DNA from: Coniocarpon cinnabarinum
Lineage: Eukaryota
Length of the DNA stretch: 64,000 nucleotides
Assembly (NCBI GenBank): GCA_051942205.1
Contig: JAVECO010000041.1
Span: forward strand, 1-64,000
Direction: 5' to 3'
Within the stretch, counting starts at the first letter, position 1. Every line of letters begins with the position of its first letter. The notes beneath the pieces are model-generated. The model was not told the origin of the DNA, did no database searches, and saw nothing but the letters and a program-made list of their open reading frames with translations. A program made the position numbers and the translations under genes. Shown here one piece after another: positions 35,849-49,565 of this stretch.

Positions 35849-37066
35849 ATGGGCAAGGCAATGTCAAATGACACCACCGGCATCATCGTCCGTGCCCTTG
35901 CCCAAGGTCACTCGAGAGGCGACATTGCGAAAATGTGTGGTGTTTCGACGAGGGCGGTGACTCGAGTAAGCACGAACATGAAGAAGCATGGGAGTGCAAA
36001 GCCTCCTCCGAGTGGACTGAAGCAAGGTCGGCCTGCAAGGCTTACGAGGAAGCAAGCAGAGGTAAACAGGTCCTACTCAATGAGTGGACTTGCAAAATGT
36101 ATTGACTGAGTCAGGCTCTTCTCGTATGGATCGCAGCAAGAGACTACACATTCTATGTGAAAGATCTGGTCAGCTACTTGAAGGAGCATCATGCTTACAA
36201 AGGATGTGATGGGACTGTGAGGCGGGGCATGATCAGAGCTGGCTTCAAGCGCAGGGAGGTAAGCTATCTGTTCGTGCTATGCCCGCGAAGAATTTCCCCA
36301 TTGGCCCGTGTGGTGCGTTCTCGCACTATGCATGCATTTTACTAATGCACTTGCAAAGCCCTATCACAAAAGCGAGATCACGGTGTGGATACCACCAGAT
36401 CATCCACCTCAGTTTGAGATCATCGCAGAGGACGAGCCACCGCACAAGCTTGAACGGGGGGGTCATAGCCTCACCACACCTCCACAAGCACAGCAGGACG
36501 CACAGCAAGTGCAGCAAATGCCAGCACCCCCGGCCCATATGACTCAAAATTCGTCACAAGACGCAACGATGCTCGACGCCTATCAAAACTATTACGATCA
36601 GCAATCTTCATCTTTTCCAAATCAGCCATCGATACCTCCACTTGACCCGCATCTTTACCAGATATCATCGAATCCGGAAGCCTCACAAGCCCAGCCACAG
36701 CAACCGCTGCCTTTTCAACCTCCTTCGCTGCCTTCTCAATCAGAGCCACCACCGCAATCCCCATCACAGCCTCGTTCGGTCAAGTCGACGCCGAAGAAAG
36801 CCAAGAAATCACGGAAGGAGGACCAGCTACAGAGTCAAGTCTCCTCCATGCACGAGGAAATGATGAAGCAAGCGGATCTCATTAGACAGCTGCAGATGCA
36901 GCTCGCGACGCAGAATCAAGCGTCTAGTTCAACGCAGGGTCAAGCCGAAGCTTCAGCACCGCCAATGTCAGCGGGTCAGAATGATGCTGATTCGGCAACA
37001 GAGCAGCGTAGCCCTAGACAGACCTCAAACAGCTTCCAGATGCAGGAAGAAGAGGTGGCAGTGTGA
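35849..37066 (+). CDS. Protein of about 354 aa with a Tc1/mariner (IS630-like) bipartite HTH N-terminus and a Q/P-rich C-terminus with short coiled coil; exons 35849-36061, 36115-36258, 36359-37066
   Basis: SRGDIAKMCGVSTRAVTRV (HTH), GRPARLT linker, YVKDLVSYLKE...CDGTVRRGMIRAGF (second HTH). Two phase-0 introns join three ORF-track ORFs in frame. No DDE domain. Confidence 0.8.
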
Positions 37067-37766
37067 ATGAATTCGCCTTTCTGTTCTCTTGGAAGGCATC
37101 CATCAGACTGGTAAGCTCAGTGGAGTCGTACTCTAACAGGGCTGTGACCCGGCTGTCCAACATTATTCGAAAGTGTAAATTAAAGACCATGACGAAGATA
37201 CGAGCAATGCAGCTTGATTATCCAATGCTGTCACACAATTCATTAATTTTGCTTGAAAGGATATCACGCTCCTCGCTAAGCCATCCGCTCTCAAAGCCAA
37301 TAAAGTGCCCAGTCACGATTCGCCCAAGCATTACTGGGCAAACGCCCCTCCCCAAACTTTATTGTTCACAGACAGCCTGCAATGTTCAAGGTTTGCTAGT
37401 CTATAAGAGGTGATCTGGAGACGCGTAAAAAAGTCGGCAAGAGGTGTGGGATGGAGAGAGTGTCGACCATGCTCGCTGCCTGGTTTGTTTCCGGTGTTCG
37501 ATCACGTCTGCAACATTGTCTTGCTCTATCTCCAATCGACGCCAACAAGACGCGTGAAGATGCTCTAGGCATTGCGGTCAAAAAGCTCAATGCTTTTCCA
37601 TCTTAAAAGGCCATTTTAAAAGGTCATTCCCACTCCCTCTGTACATGTCCGAATAACACGCTCAGCAGCATCATATGACCTTTTCTCAACCCAGGGATAA
37701 TTAAATCATCCAAGACGACATCGTCCATCAATCTTCAAATGCTAACCCCCCTTCTCCTCTCCACCC

Positions 37767-39603
37767 TCATCCCTCCCCTCTGACGTCCCCAAAATCCACA
37801 CCACCCTCCCCATTCGTCCGCCGTCGGAACACCAGCCGCCCCCTCGGATCCGGAAACACAAACTCATAAGCCCCCAAACTAGCCGGGCGCTCCTCCCCCT
37901 GCAGTAACCCAAAATCAAACCCCATAATCAGCCGCACCAGGATGCTCTTGATCTCCAGCGCTGCGAAGAACCGGCCGGGACAGGCGTGTCGCCCGTAGCC
38001 GAAGTTCAGATTCTCGCTGGTGGCCGTGGTGAGTTGGTGTTTGTGGCCCTCCCCGTTTTGGGAGCGGAGGCGGTGATAGCGGAGGGCGTCGAATGTCGCG
38101 GGATACGGCGTTATGTCGGGTGAGTTTTGGATGTGATATGCGGGGAGGCAGATGTGGGAGCCCTTTCGTAGAGTAGTGCCATCGGAGAGGGTGTGCGAGG
38201 ATTGCATGACTCGATGGTAGGAGAGGAGACTGGGGGGATTAAAGCGCTGACTTTCTTTGATGAAAGAGTCGAGTTTCCAGAGCCTCGCATAAGAGGCTTT
38301 GTTCCATCCCTGAGACGAGGAGGCGATTTGTGTGATTTCCTGGCGGAGGGGGTCGATGTACTCCGGATGCGACGCCAGGTCGTAGAGGCAGTGGACTGCA
38401 TTTGTGGAGGTGGTGTGAATACTTGCCAGTGACACCAGGATCACGAGCTCGACGAGGTGGTCGGGGTCGCGTTCAGAGCCTTGTGCCGTTTCGATCATCC
38501 AGGGGAGGAGGGCGGGAATGTTCAATTTTTCACCGTTCAGGACTTGGGTCTGCCAGCGGTGGATATCAGGGAGCAATAGGCGGCGGGCTTGACGGGTTAG
38601 GAGGTAATTCTTCCAGATGGGCGGGAGGATGAGGGAGACGGCGCGGTGGGACCATTTGGGGAGGGTGCGGAGGATGAGGAGGGACATGAATACTGCTTCT
38701 TGTTAGATCTGGTGCTCGTCACGGGCAGGTTGACGTACCGTTCTCAGTGAATTTCGTAGAGACTTCCAACCACTTTTCATCGCGACAATGTGGCAATCCA
38801 ACGAATGCACGCGCACTCATGCTTGCGACAAGCCTTAAAATGGTGTTTTGAGGTTGAACGACCGTCCAATCTACACAAGATGAGCTGCTGCATCAAGACC
38901 AGACCACGGGAATACCCATCTCACCTTTACACTCTGGAAAATGATTCTCAAGCGCAAACCGTAACTCCTCCTCCACCGGTGCCGCAATCAACCCCAAACT
39001 GGGCGTCAACCTCGACTGAATGACGCGGAAATGCAGGTCCCCCTTCAAACGCTTCCCCAAATCCATGCCCGTGACATGATTGAGCAGCAGATTATGCGCG
39101 TGAGCTTCCGTTGGATTCGCTACCGTGCTCGGCAAGGCTCGGATCTCTTCGACGTAGCGATGCGGCAGGACGATGATGTCGGCGTCATTGCGGGCAAACC
39201 AGAAGGGTCGATTCGCGAACTGCGCACTGAATTAAGACTTATTCTGGGGGAAGAGGGCCATGCTCACACGGTGGTAGCCTTCATCTAGGATGGTCTTGGA
39301 TCGTGTGAGAGATCGGAAATTGGCGATGAAGCGGGGCTCGTAGATGTAGCGCCATCCTACGAGTGGTGCTTTAGGACTCCATAATGCGGTTATTGTCGCC
39401 GATACGAAGTGAGAGCTTAAAAGTAGTAGGAAGAAACCGAACACGATATCTGTTGTACTTGCGCTTTTGAGGAAGATGGAGAGGTTTTGCGTAACTGACT
39501 GGTACGTCTCAAGTGCCAATCTTCCGTGATATGGCGGTGTAGAGGTGTCACCGGATGCTGATGTGCGAGAAAAGAACGAAGTATTGAGAGCTAATGTTTC
39601 CAT
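37767..39603 (-). CDS. Cytochrome P450 (ent-kaurene oxidase-like group of secondary-metabolism P450s); 4 exons
   Basis: N-terminal TM, I-helix LASIHTT, K-helix KESQR, FDALRY, heme motif FGYGRHACPGRFFA; three canonical introns restore the frame. Confidence 0.93.
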
Positions 39604-40877
39604 CGTGTGATTGACATGTGTCTTCAACTGTAAGGTAAGCTCTGGTTCATGGACCTCAGTGAGTGCAACAGTCTACCGAAGCTTCGTGAACGTCTACGAG
39701 CCAGTCACAGTAGTGTGACACGGCTGTTAAAAGTTCTCACACAGAATAAAAAGCGAATAATCTCGTTACCTTTGTTGAGATCACATTTACGAGCGTGGCG
39801 CGTCAGTTGGAGCATCCCATCTTTACCTGAGATCCTACGACGTAGATATCGGCAGCCGCCGATTAGCTATGAGCTAGCCCTGCAGATAATCCATCGCGTC
39901 ACAGGGCATTGCGAAACCTATGCACTAGACATGCACCGCATTAGTGTCTACGAGCAGGTAGAAATCCAGCTCTATTTAGCTATGTCGAGCGTGTCCGGGC
40001 CGCACTTGCGTGAGGATGGCATGGTAGTTCGTAGGCTCAAAGAAAAAAGAGTAGGAAGAAAGGGGTGACCCAAGCCTTTCGATGCTGGCCAATCAGCGAG
40101 AGGGTCTGTAGGCCTGGCTGCTGAGGCCAAAATTGAGCAATGACATTTAGTGCAATTGGAATATTAACAGATCCCCTTTGATATTCGGGAGAGACCAGGT
40201 AGGCAGCAAAAATTCACGATATGGAGGGTTTTAGTAGCAGGTCTAGAGTGCGCGGTCACGTCGATGCTTGCGTATCCCTAACGGAAGCTCCTCACTACGT
40301 TGGAAAAAGAGGAAGACCTTCAGTGAAGCAGAGAGCAGGCAAGCCGTGGCTGGGCAGCGAACTGAACAATCACGCAAATGCCTTGCACAAATGCTTGACA
40401 ACTTAATGGAATGTAGCTAGAATATTATTCAGTCGAGGGTAAACTCGGTAACAATAACGTCAGACATGAAATTATGCCTCACGCATGGAGTCTCATGAGT
40501 ATTGTAGAATACCTTAAGCATAAGACCATGACAGACTCCAGCACCCAGCGAGATGGTCACGGATCAGAATGACTCTTCATTCAATTAGCCTCGTCAAATG
40601 GCAGCTACATACGCGCTATCAGTCATTCTTCCATCCAGCGAGCGCAGCGACTTTCCTCGATTCGGTGAGGAGCCAATGGCCAAAGTGCTACCTCTTGGGG
40701 GAAGGTCGGCTTGCTTCTGCTAAGCCCGTGCGGTGCGTGTTGTGTTGATGATCGAGCCTGCCATGGCGATCCAGACATTCATTCGGTGAGTTTGTGTGAG
40801 CCTGGCCACGCTGAGGTTTCCGCACCGAGGATTGAGTCAAGCATCCATGCAATGACGATACGATCTCAGTCTCCTGT

Positions 40878-41672
40878 CTACCAGTCCTTCTTGATCTCAA
40901 ATGACCAGTTAAAGGCCAAGTGCGTGTTGCCATCGTCATCCACAAACTTACTACTTGCCGTGTATTTCCCGCGTGCAATCATCCCTGAAGGCGCGGTCTC
41001 CGCCTCCAGCTTCTTCTCATGGAACGGCTTGTCCGTCGTGTTGGGTGAGTAGCTTCCAATCATCTCGTCCGTCTTGTTGCTGATGCCCATCTTCTTGACA
41101 ACCTGCAAATATTTCAAGCCACTGAGCACCTCGTGCTGCACCCGAAACTTGACCTTCATACGGAATTGGGCGCCCTCTTTGATGACAAAGGGCTTCTCCT
41201 TCATGGCGGCGACTTTCTCGTCTTGAGCAGCTTGTGATGGTGCTTCGAGGTCGACGACCATGTCTGGGCGGTCCGGGGATTCGAGGGAGAGGGAGATCAT
41301 GACGACGGTGCGGGGGTCGTTGGGATCACCAATTGCTTGGCCGGTGCCAATGCCGAGAGAAGCTTTGTACTTGCGCATTGCATCGTCATCTTCGTCTGTT
41401 GATCGCATGTGTCAGCGTGATCACAGTATCAGCTTGGTCAGAAATATGATGGAAAGGACGCAGGAGAAGTGGGACTGGGGGAGGCATTGTGCGGAGCTAT
41501 TGTTAAAGGGTAGCCTAATGATAATTGATGGTCGTTCGGAGGTGTTTGTGGGGGAACTACAAAGCAGCGTACCCATCTTGTTGATTTCGTCCATCGTCTT
41601 CTTCGCTCCCGGCTGATAATTGGTGGTTTGCTCGGGTTGCAGCTCATCGTCGTGAGGGTGCTCTTCAGACAT
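40878..41672 (-). CDS. rdi1: Rho GDP-dissociation inhibitor; exons 41672-41573 and 41395-40878
   Basis: KKTMDEINKMDEDD..MRKYKASLG, FVIKEG, LSGLKY, MIGSYSP, APSGMIARG.Y...SKFVDDD, W.FEIKKDW. Confidence 0.95.
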
Positions 41673-42033
41673 GTTTGAACAATTACTGTGTGGCTCAAAG
41701 AACGATTTGCTGGAGAGCGAGCCCACCAGATGAAATATTCAATGTATGAGATGTGAGTGAAGTGGAAGATATGTGAAGTGTGCGTCTGTGAGTGGGAAAC
41801 GACACAGGAAAGGCGGTGACGCGCAGCCAAACAGGACGAATGAGCTCAGATCATGAGGTCAGGTAGGTAGGTACCTACAAGGGGCCAGATGCCCCGCGAT
41901 TTCGTACCTCATCCCGAACCCTGCCACGCCCGCCATCCGATGAAACAATCGAGACGGTGTTTCAGCTGGAATGAGACTCTCAATGTTGAACAGCACGAAT
42001 GCTGGCTTTTCGTCATTCCTAAGAGCATTGATA

Positions 42034-43399
42034 TCACAACAATGCATCCCGGTGTAGTGATTCCACGATCGACGCATCACTGGGCCCCTTTCCTGGCTCT
42101 TTCCACTGGGTTGCTGCTTTCGGAGTACGTGCAAGAGCCTCTGTGTCCACGCCGGCTACACGTAACTCGGTATCAACCTCCTCGATCATCTTTTTAGTGT
42201 CGGCATCATAATCGCCATCCAGCAGCAGCCCCTCAGGCAGCGAGTCGGGCCCTTGATCGAGTGCGTAAATAGTAGGAAACTCAAAGATTTCCTGCCCACG
42301 TAAGACTTCTGCGAGAGTCTGCCGCTCAGAGACCGGACGCAACACTTTTGAGGCGCCTCGTGTGAATGGTTGCAGAAGGTAGAAGTACATCTGTATCTGT
42401 TCGTGGGAATTTGTTGATGGTTCCGTGATTATCTCGACCTCGGAACTTTCGTCTTCAACGGTGTCAGCCTCTGCACTATCTAAGAATGGTGGCGTTCGTG
42501 AGCCGCTGATCTGCTCAGAGTGGGCGAGTCCACCAGCCTCGTGCTCGATTTGGGTGAGATGCTGCGCATTGGCTTGCAGAACCGCACTTAACTCCTTCTC
42601 GTCTTCAGCTCGATCCAAGTCTTGCGATTGACGACTTTTGCGCCTCTTGGATTGTTGACGAGCCTCGTCTTGTGCGTTCTTACTAGCGCGCTTTTGCTGC
42701 TTTCGTTGATTGATCGTGTAAGGCGACTGTACTTCTCCATAGGCTGCCGCAAGGGTAAATGTCTCCAATGCTCCGTCGACCTTGCGACTGTCATCTGGGA
42801 ATATCCACTCAATACCCCAACGCATGCAGTTCTGTCTAAGTGTACTTGTCAATCTGAATGCTGTGTAACACGTTCCACCGCAAGCTTACTTGTGCCGCCA
42901 TCTAGTTGGATTCTCCTTCTGCCGGCTCATGCCCTTGGGCGCCCTCCGCCATCGAATATCCAGCTCGGCCACGCGCTTCTCAACGCGTCTGTCACCATTC
43001 GCGTCCTCCCCGAGACCCATGTCCTGCGCATCTCTATCTGCACGGTCGAGCGTGCGTTCTAGTCCGGTGAGATAGTTGTAGTCATGATCAAAACCACGTG
43101 GCGTGGCCAGTTGAGCTTTCTTAACGTAAGCAGTGGGGTCTCGTCGGCCATTGCATTGGGCGCGCTGCTTGTGCTTCTTCACACATGGCACCGAGCATGT
43201 TTTGGTGCCACATCGAGGGCACTCATACTTCGGAATTTGGCAGCGGCTAACGTCGGTAAAACAAGACCAGATTAGTACAATGCTTTCGGACAAAGGAGCC
43301 AAGGCCAGTGGAGACAATGCAGTGAGCGGGGACGGCTGCGAGATGAACCGTTACCTACCAGATCGTGCACAATTGACCTAGCACAACAGCCTCACCCAT
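42034..43399 (-). CDS. bcd1: Box C/D snoRNP assembly factor Bcd1 (zf-HIT); 3 exons
   Basis: LCTIC...PKYECPRC...CSVPCVKKHK...C.G.RD, DYNYL, APKGMSRQKEN.T, EFPTIY. Confidence 0.9.
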
Positions 43400-45024
43400 G
43401 CCCAGAAGCTGCCGTGGGGAAAATCAGGGTCAATCCAATGAATATTGGTAAGCTTCCGCAGACCAGATGTAACAGCAGTCGTCGATCTGCAGAGGATGCT
43501 CCGCACTCGAAATGTTTTTTTTTACGAGGACTGCCGCTTTCGGGGTTGCATGAGAGATCTGAGTGTTTGCCTGCGCTATCTGGAATATCTGAGAGAGATC
43601 GTCAAGCCGCGAAGTGTCCAAATCGTTGGGACCTGCGCTAGCGCCAAGCTAGGCGAAGTGTGGCTTGACCTGGTAGCGCTGAAAAAGGCTACCTTGGCTC
43701 ATGTCTCGGCCAAAGCAGAGAATGATGTCGGCTGCGCAGGGAGGCCTGTACAAGCAAGGACTGAACGAACATGGACTGCATGGTTGTGCATCTGCCGAGA
43801 TATGACGACTGGAGGACATTGTATTGTTTTGCAGGGCACGTGAATGGGGTGTCGTTGCACAGCAGGGCCGGGAGTGTCGGGGGTTCATCGATCTGCGTGG
43901 AGCGGACAGAAGAGCACACGAGGCTCACGTCGTACCAACGGCGAAGGAGACGACCATGAATAATGCGGCTGTCAGATGGTACTACGCAAGAAAGAGGCAT
44001 AGACGCATCTGAGCATTTGTCACGGTTAAATGGGCAGAGGCGTGGAGGAGCCGAGCGGAGGACGGAGAGATCGGCGGAGGCAGCAGCGATTGGAGGAGAG
44101 ACGGGGGGCAGGATGTGGGAGTTTCAGAGAAAGACAAGCCAGGGTCCAATGGTAGGAGTGAGCGAAGAGCCACAGGGGAAGGGGAGAGAGATGGACGAGG
44201 AGGAGGAGGTGGAGGTTGGGAGGCGTGGGGGGCGGCAGTCGTTAGTCGTTAGTCGACTCCCCCGTCTGGTCCCAACTTGCCAGGCACCCGACGCCAGCAC
44301 CGTCCAGCGTCCGGGCTTCGGGGAGGCAAAAAACCCCACACCACTGCACCCTGCACACTCCCGTCGTCACGTCGCCTGCTGAGACGAACACACTGACACA
44401 CCAACACACGTGAAAGAGCGTTCGCTGTTCGGCTGCTCGCCGGAAACATCGAGGCGCCATCGAGTCACGGCGGCGCACTAGATCCCGTCACCGTTCCCTT
44501 TCGATACTCTCTGCTCGCTGCCTCTGTGGATGGCTACAACCTTCCTCGCGCTCGGACCACCCCGCATTGCCTTCGTCCCAACAGCCCAAACCCCAAACCC
44601 TCTTTACGCTCCTCCTTCGCTGACGACTTGACTCTGCTCTTCCTCTTCTGCATCCTCCCTCCTGCCCCATCTGCACCCTCCCTCCTCCCTCCTCCTCGCA
44701 GCTTGCCCTCTGTCTGGCGCATCTGCGCACAACCTCTGGCAGTGTTGATTTTGTGTTGCATCCTCTGCCCATCTCAAGGCACAGATTACGGCCATTTATC
44801 CCCTAATCTAGATCTTTGACCCCTGTGCAAGGCTCGGGTTTTGGAGCTCAGCTTCCGATCCAGCGTCCTCCTGCCTCTCACTTCCTGCGATCTTGCAGCA
44901 CCATACAGACTCGGCATTGAAGTTGCTCGAGCAACGGCATCACTGTTTCTCTCCCCGAAATTCACTCTCCTTTTCATTCCACGCACACGCATCATTTTTA
45001 TAGCGTCAATCATCAGCCGACAAG

Positions 45025-47726
45025 ATGCCCTCAATTAAGGGCGGACGCCCAAAGTCGTTTGACCGCCCTCCCACGCGAGACGAAGGGGGGCTACTCCTTC
45101 CAGTCCCAAGTCGCACATCTTCTCTCCACTCCCGCATCGCACAGCCGCTACCTTCGACCTTGAGCATGAAGACGGGTCAGAGAGCCCCCAAGACTCTCAC
45201 TCACGCTTATATGGTTTGTGGTGTCGGTCGAGAGCCTTCCCAATGGGTTAAAGCTCCGCCTCCGCCACAGGGCAAACTCGCACACATGAAGGGCGCAGTC
45301 GGCCAATTTTGGCTTCCTGAGATCCTCGGCAGCAGCCCAAGGTTGGAGCAAGATAACGAGATCGCTCGATCACTGCATGCCGCCATGAGAGTACGTTGGA
45401 CCTGGTCAATCGATGCAGAATGATTTGCTGACAATCCAAAAAGGCATGCTTTCCACATGACGTCGAAATCTGCACTGGCAAGAGTCAGCCACACTGCGTG
45501 CACCACGCTTTCGTGTTGCAACAAGATTCATCACACACTCTCTATGGCATTGCGCTGCGCGTTTGGTCTAGAGCAGACGAGAAACGTGCAGAGACCATAC
45601 GTGACCTCCGAAAACGCACAGAGCCAGATTATTACGACAATCCTGAGGAAACTTACTGGATTCCATACTGCTTAAGCTTCCTTTCACGGTACCCCTTATA
45701 CAATCTGTTGGGCGACTACCTCCGTGGGATGTGGATCCATTGGAACAAGGCAACCAACCTGTTCCACGCTGAGGAGGTATCACGCATTCTGAGCTTCCCA
45801 GCTCCCCGCCTCAACGACTTGGTTCGCATTGACATGAAAGATTACGCACTCTGCTATCAGTTCCCTTCGTCTCCGACCGGTTTCCAGAATTTCGCACTCT
45901 GGCCGCTCTTCCAATGTCTGTCCATTCCCAACATTGTGGGCGTCATCGAGGCGGCGATTTCGCCTACGCGCCGGATCATTTTCGTCAGTCATCACCCTGC
46001 AATGCTGACTATGGCTGCGGAAACGATCCGATGCTGCGTCCGCGTTTATGAGTGGAGCGGGCTCTACGTTCCCATCGTCCACGCGCGTCATGCAAGAGAC
46101 CTTGCACAGGAACCCGGCCCTTACATTCTCGGTATCACGGCTGAGTGCAGAGGGCTGTTCACCGCTCCTTCTGATGCCCTCGTTGTGGAGTTGGACAAGA
46201 ACTTTGTCATCACATCTGACCCGCCCAATGCTCTCAGTTCAGGCCAACGTAATAAGATGATCAACCGCCTCACAAATGCTCTGACCGGCGAGGTTCACAA
46301 TCATGGCGTCCCGCCTCACCTGAAATCAGCTTATGGCGGGGGAAAGCTCATCCCTGCCGGTCAGATCATCATCATGAAAGGTGATGTCGAAAGCGTCCAA
46401 GATCCATCGTGGTGGAACCAGGACGCCATCATGGGCGTGATGGATCATGTCTGCGAGAAGATGAACCAGAACACTGGTATTAAGAAGGTCTTTGGCGGAT
46501 CACAGAAGAAACCGCTTATGACCAAGGTTTCCATGCGCCATCTTAACGAGATTGTGCGTGAGAGAAATCAGTACTCCCGTGATGCCCATGAAGCGTGGCA
46601 GGATTTTATCAACCTCAAGGGTCGCATGGACACTGAGCTTGCCAAGGTGTCCAAACGCAACAACTTTCTGGTGGAAGAGCTCGAGAGTTGGAAGCAGCAA
46701 TTTCTCAAGTTTCAGGCCTTTGCTGAACAGCTCACCAAAGAGACCCAAGATCTCAAGGTCAAGATTGAGAACTACAAGCGCGAGAACCGCAAACTTGCTT
46801 CTCAGCTTGATCAAGCCAACGACGAGAAGACGAGGCTCAGTACTCGTCTGGCAGGCACCGAAAAGCAACGTGACGATGCACTGGAGGCTCTCGTCCTGCA
46901 ACAAGAAATCGCTGAGGAGCTTGAGCGCGAACGCAAGAACAATAAGGAAAAGATCGGGGATTTGCAGACAACTCACAAGGCGCTCTTACGCGAGCGGGAT
47001 GAGGCTCATCGCGTGGTCCTTCATCTTCGCGCCCTCATTGACGGCCAAGCTCACCATATGGAACACATTGTTAAGGGTCTTCACAAAGCTCCTGAAATGT
47101 CCGACGTCTACCAAGTTGTTGACGAAAACGGCACCAACCAGGGTGCGATGGGAAGCATCCGCGGCGCTCTAGGTCTGGGCCGTACCAATTCACAGACTGC
47201 AACCCCAACCAAGGACGCGTCAGCTCGTCCTTCGCAAGCCCGCACCAGCAGTCAAGACAAAATCGCGGAGCTGCAAATGACTGATGTCGCGGACAAGTAT
47301 CTTCGCGAGCGCACGGATTCGATCACATACATCATTCGCAACATCTCTGAGCAGTGTGCTGCAGCAGTCGATAGTCTTCACTTGGCTCAACGAGCCGATC
47401 GTGATAGCAAGTTCTCTAACACTGACGCATTGCCATCTCTAACAAGTGAAGCTGGCGACGACGATTCCGTTCGACCAGACCGCAACTCGGTGCCACCGAC
47501 CCCAGATCTTGTGAACCACCGCACGAGCACTGCTCTCTCAACTACTACGGAAGGCACTCTACCTCGAGAGATGTCAAATACTTCGCAAGACGTCAATCCA
47601 CAAATAGCCAGCGATGAGCCCGTTGACGTTGCGGATGCATCAACAGCGAGGAATGATGGCACCATTGACAAAACGTCACAGGATGCGACACTTCAGGATG
47701 CGCGGACTGCAGCATACGCGGCGTGA
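45025..47726 (+). CDS. DENN-domain protein (putative Rab GEF) with a long C-terminal coiled coil; exons 45025-45390 and 45444-47726
   Basis: uDENN-like ACFPHDV...HAFVL...LYG, YWIPYCLSFLSRYP, cDENN-like RRIIFVS..PAML...YVPIV...PGPYILG, followed by heptad-rich region. Confidence 0.85.
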
Positions 47727-49565
47727 AGCAAAAAGGCGGGGTCCTTGACTTGAGAAGGACTAAGATACCCCTGACGGCCTCATAGGAAGAAGGCGTCACA
47801 GCGAGTTGCTTTTAATGAAAATACTGGGAGGATCTCTTTTTTCAATGTTCATAGCAAAATTCAATGGTGGCACTGGATGTCGAGCTGGATAATGTGAAAC
47901 CTGCCACGGCGTTGAGGGTTCATGGGATCATGTTCGTTGTCTTTCGACACGAATATGAATCCTAACTAACATGAACACCAATTATTTTCTGGCGTGTGGA
48001 CAGACCAAATGCACGCCATCATGATGTTGTATAGCTACATACATAAAGCACTCTCAATGACGATTGTCTCTTCTACTCGTACGTGCCCTGCTCCACTGAC
48101 GTCCTGACCATATCCTGCGAAAGTCAGAATTAGGGTGACGATTAGTTCTAACTGTAAACCGAGGTACATATACGCAGTATGCGCAATGATGGCGCAAATG
48201 ACGAAGGGTGACACTCAAATTCCTGGATGAGCTGCGGGCGGGCTGGTCAGGAACCGGGGGCAGCGAACCTGGAAAGGCCTCAGAATCGCACCGCGATGCG
48301 CTTGTCGGTGAGGTAATATCCGATCGGTTGGCAATGGGGACGTCTACGCGAATTTGCGTTCATACACACCAAACCTAGTGCAGTGCACGTCTGTGAATGC
48401 TAATTTTGCTGTCCGACTTGGACTTTTTTGCATATCGCACTCATGTTCTCTTCCTCTCTCTCTGAGGTCCGTTTTCACTATCACGGATCCACTTGGTCCA
48501 TGGGTCCTGTTGCTCGTATAGCTGCATATGTCGTGCTATCGTCATCGACCAGTGTACCATGTCGCGGACAAGGTGTGGGGAGAGCCGGCCGCAGAGCAAG
48601 ATGCATCTGCCGAATGGGACCGAGGAGTGCGGCACTATGGAGGCATTCTATGGACACTCCGAGCATGTGGGTCACAGGCCTTGTGCAGTGGATTTGGTCG
48701 GCGCCGTCTTCTTCTTATCCACGGCTTCCTCTGCTCGTCACAGGTAAGACGAGATCTGTGCTGGAGTCGTCTCATGCCGCGATTTTCTGGATGAACTGGT
48801 CTCGGAGATGACGCAGAAGTCTGTCGAACGGCTGAAAGGCTGAAGTGAGCTGGTTTCGCTGCCGTCATCTGTTGCAGCTCTTTATGAAAGGGGACTTACG
48901 GGGCGACCCAGCTACTGAACGGAGATGGCAGCGCTGTGAGAGCAGTTGTTGGCAGTATTTGGAAAGGATGCCTGCTTAGCGAGGGAGGAGCGACGCGGGC
49001 TCAGCAGCTCCCGTCGAGGAGGATTCTGCCTACAAGCCTTCCATTTCTCTGCAGCTTTGCACATGCACAGACCTCAAGCGACCAGCGCGTCATGTGATTG
49101 GCTGGCCTTGGGTGTCTCCCCTGGCAGGAAACTCCCGTGCAATTTGGACTTCCTCGTGCTGCTGCTCGTCCACACGCCTCCACGGTTTTGGTCGCAACTT
49201 TTGTGATTACTGATTAGTTCCTCCTCTGCTATACGGCCGTGTGCTGCGCAAGGTCGGCGCTTTCACTCTCGCGCAATAGCCCTGTCCGCTCGCTGGCGAC
49301 GAGCGCCCTTCACTTCATCCCTTCCCCTCGCCGCGACCTTCTTCCGTCCCAACTAGCCCGAAGTGCTTGACGCGTTTGTCACATCCTTCACGTGCTTTGA
49401 ACCCGCCTCTTCGACTCGCAATCCTCGACCGGCACTTCAGACGAGCCACAGGACGACCGACATAGATTCTTGACGTGTAGAGATCGTCCAATCGTTTAGA
49501 AGAGCCCACGCGGGGCACCAGGGCCCCCAAAAGCCCTGTCCCGCAACTTTGCCACTACACTCAAC

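Noticed and set aside
35700..37400. Intact Tc1/mariner transposon around the HTH gene
   Set aside because: No DDE domain, no terminal inverted repeats seen, and the short tgcccagt/actgggca inverted repeat near 37305-37340 is local only.
39649..40068. 139-aa plus-strand ORF
   Set aside because: Starts within 50 bp of the divergent P450 start, in its promoter; no motif.
41396..41572. Long (177-nt) rdi1 intron as snoRNA host or cassette exon
   Set aside because: No convincing box C/D or H/ACA arrangement and no internal donor seen.
43414..44900. Many overlapping 60-140 aa ORFs and G-rich/C-rich tracts
   Set aside because: Typical promoter and long 5' leader between divergent bcd1 and the DENN gene.
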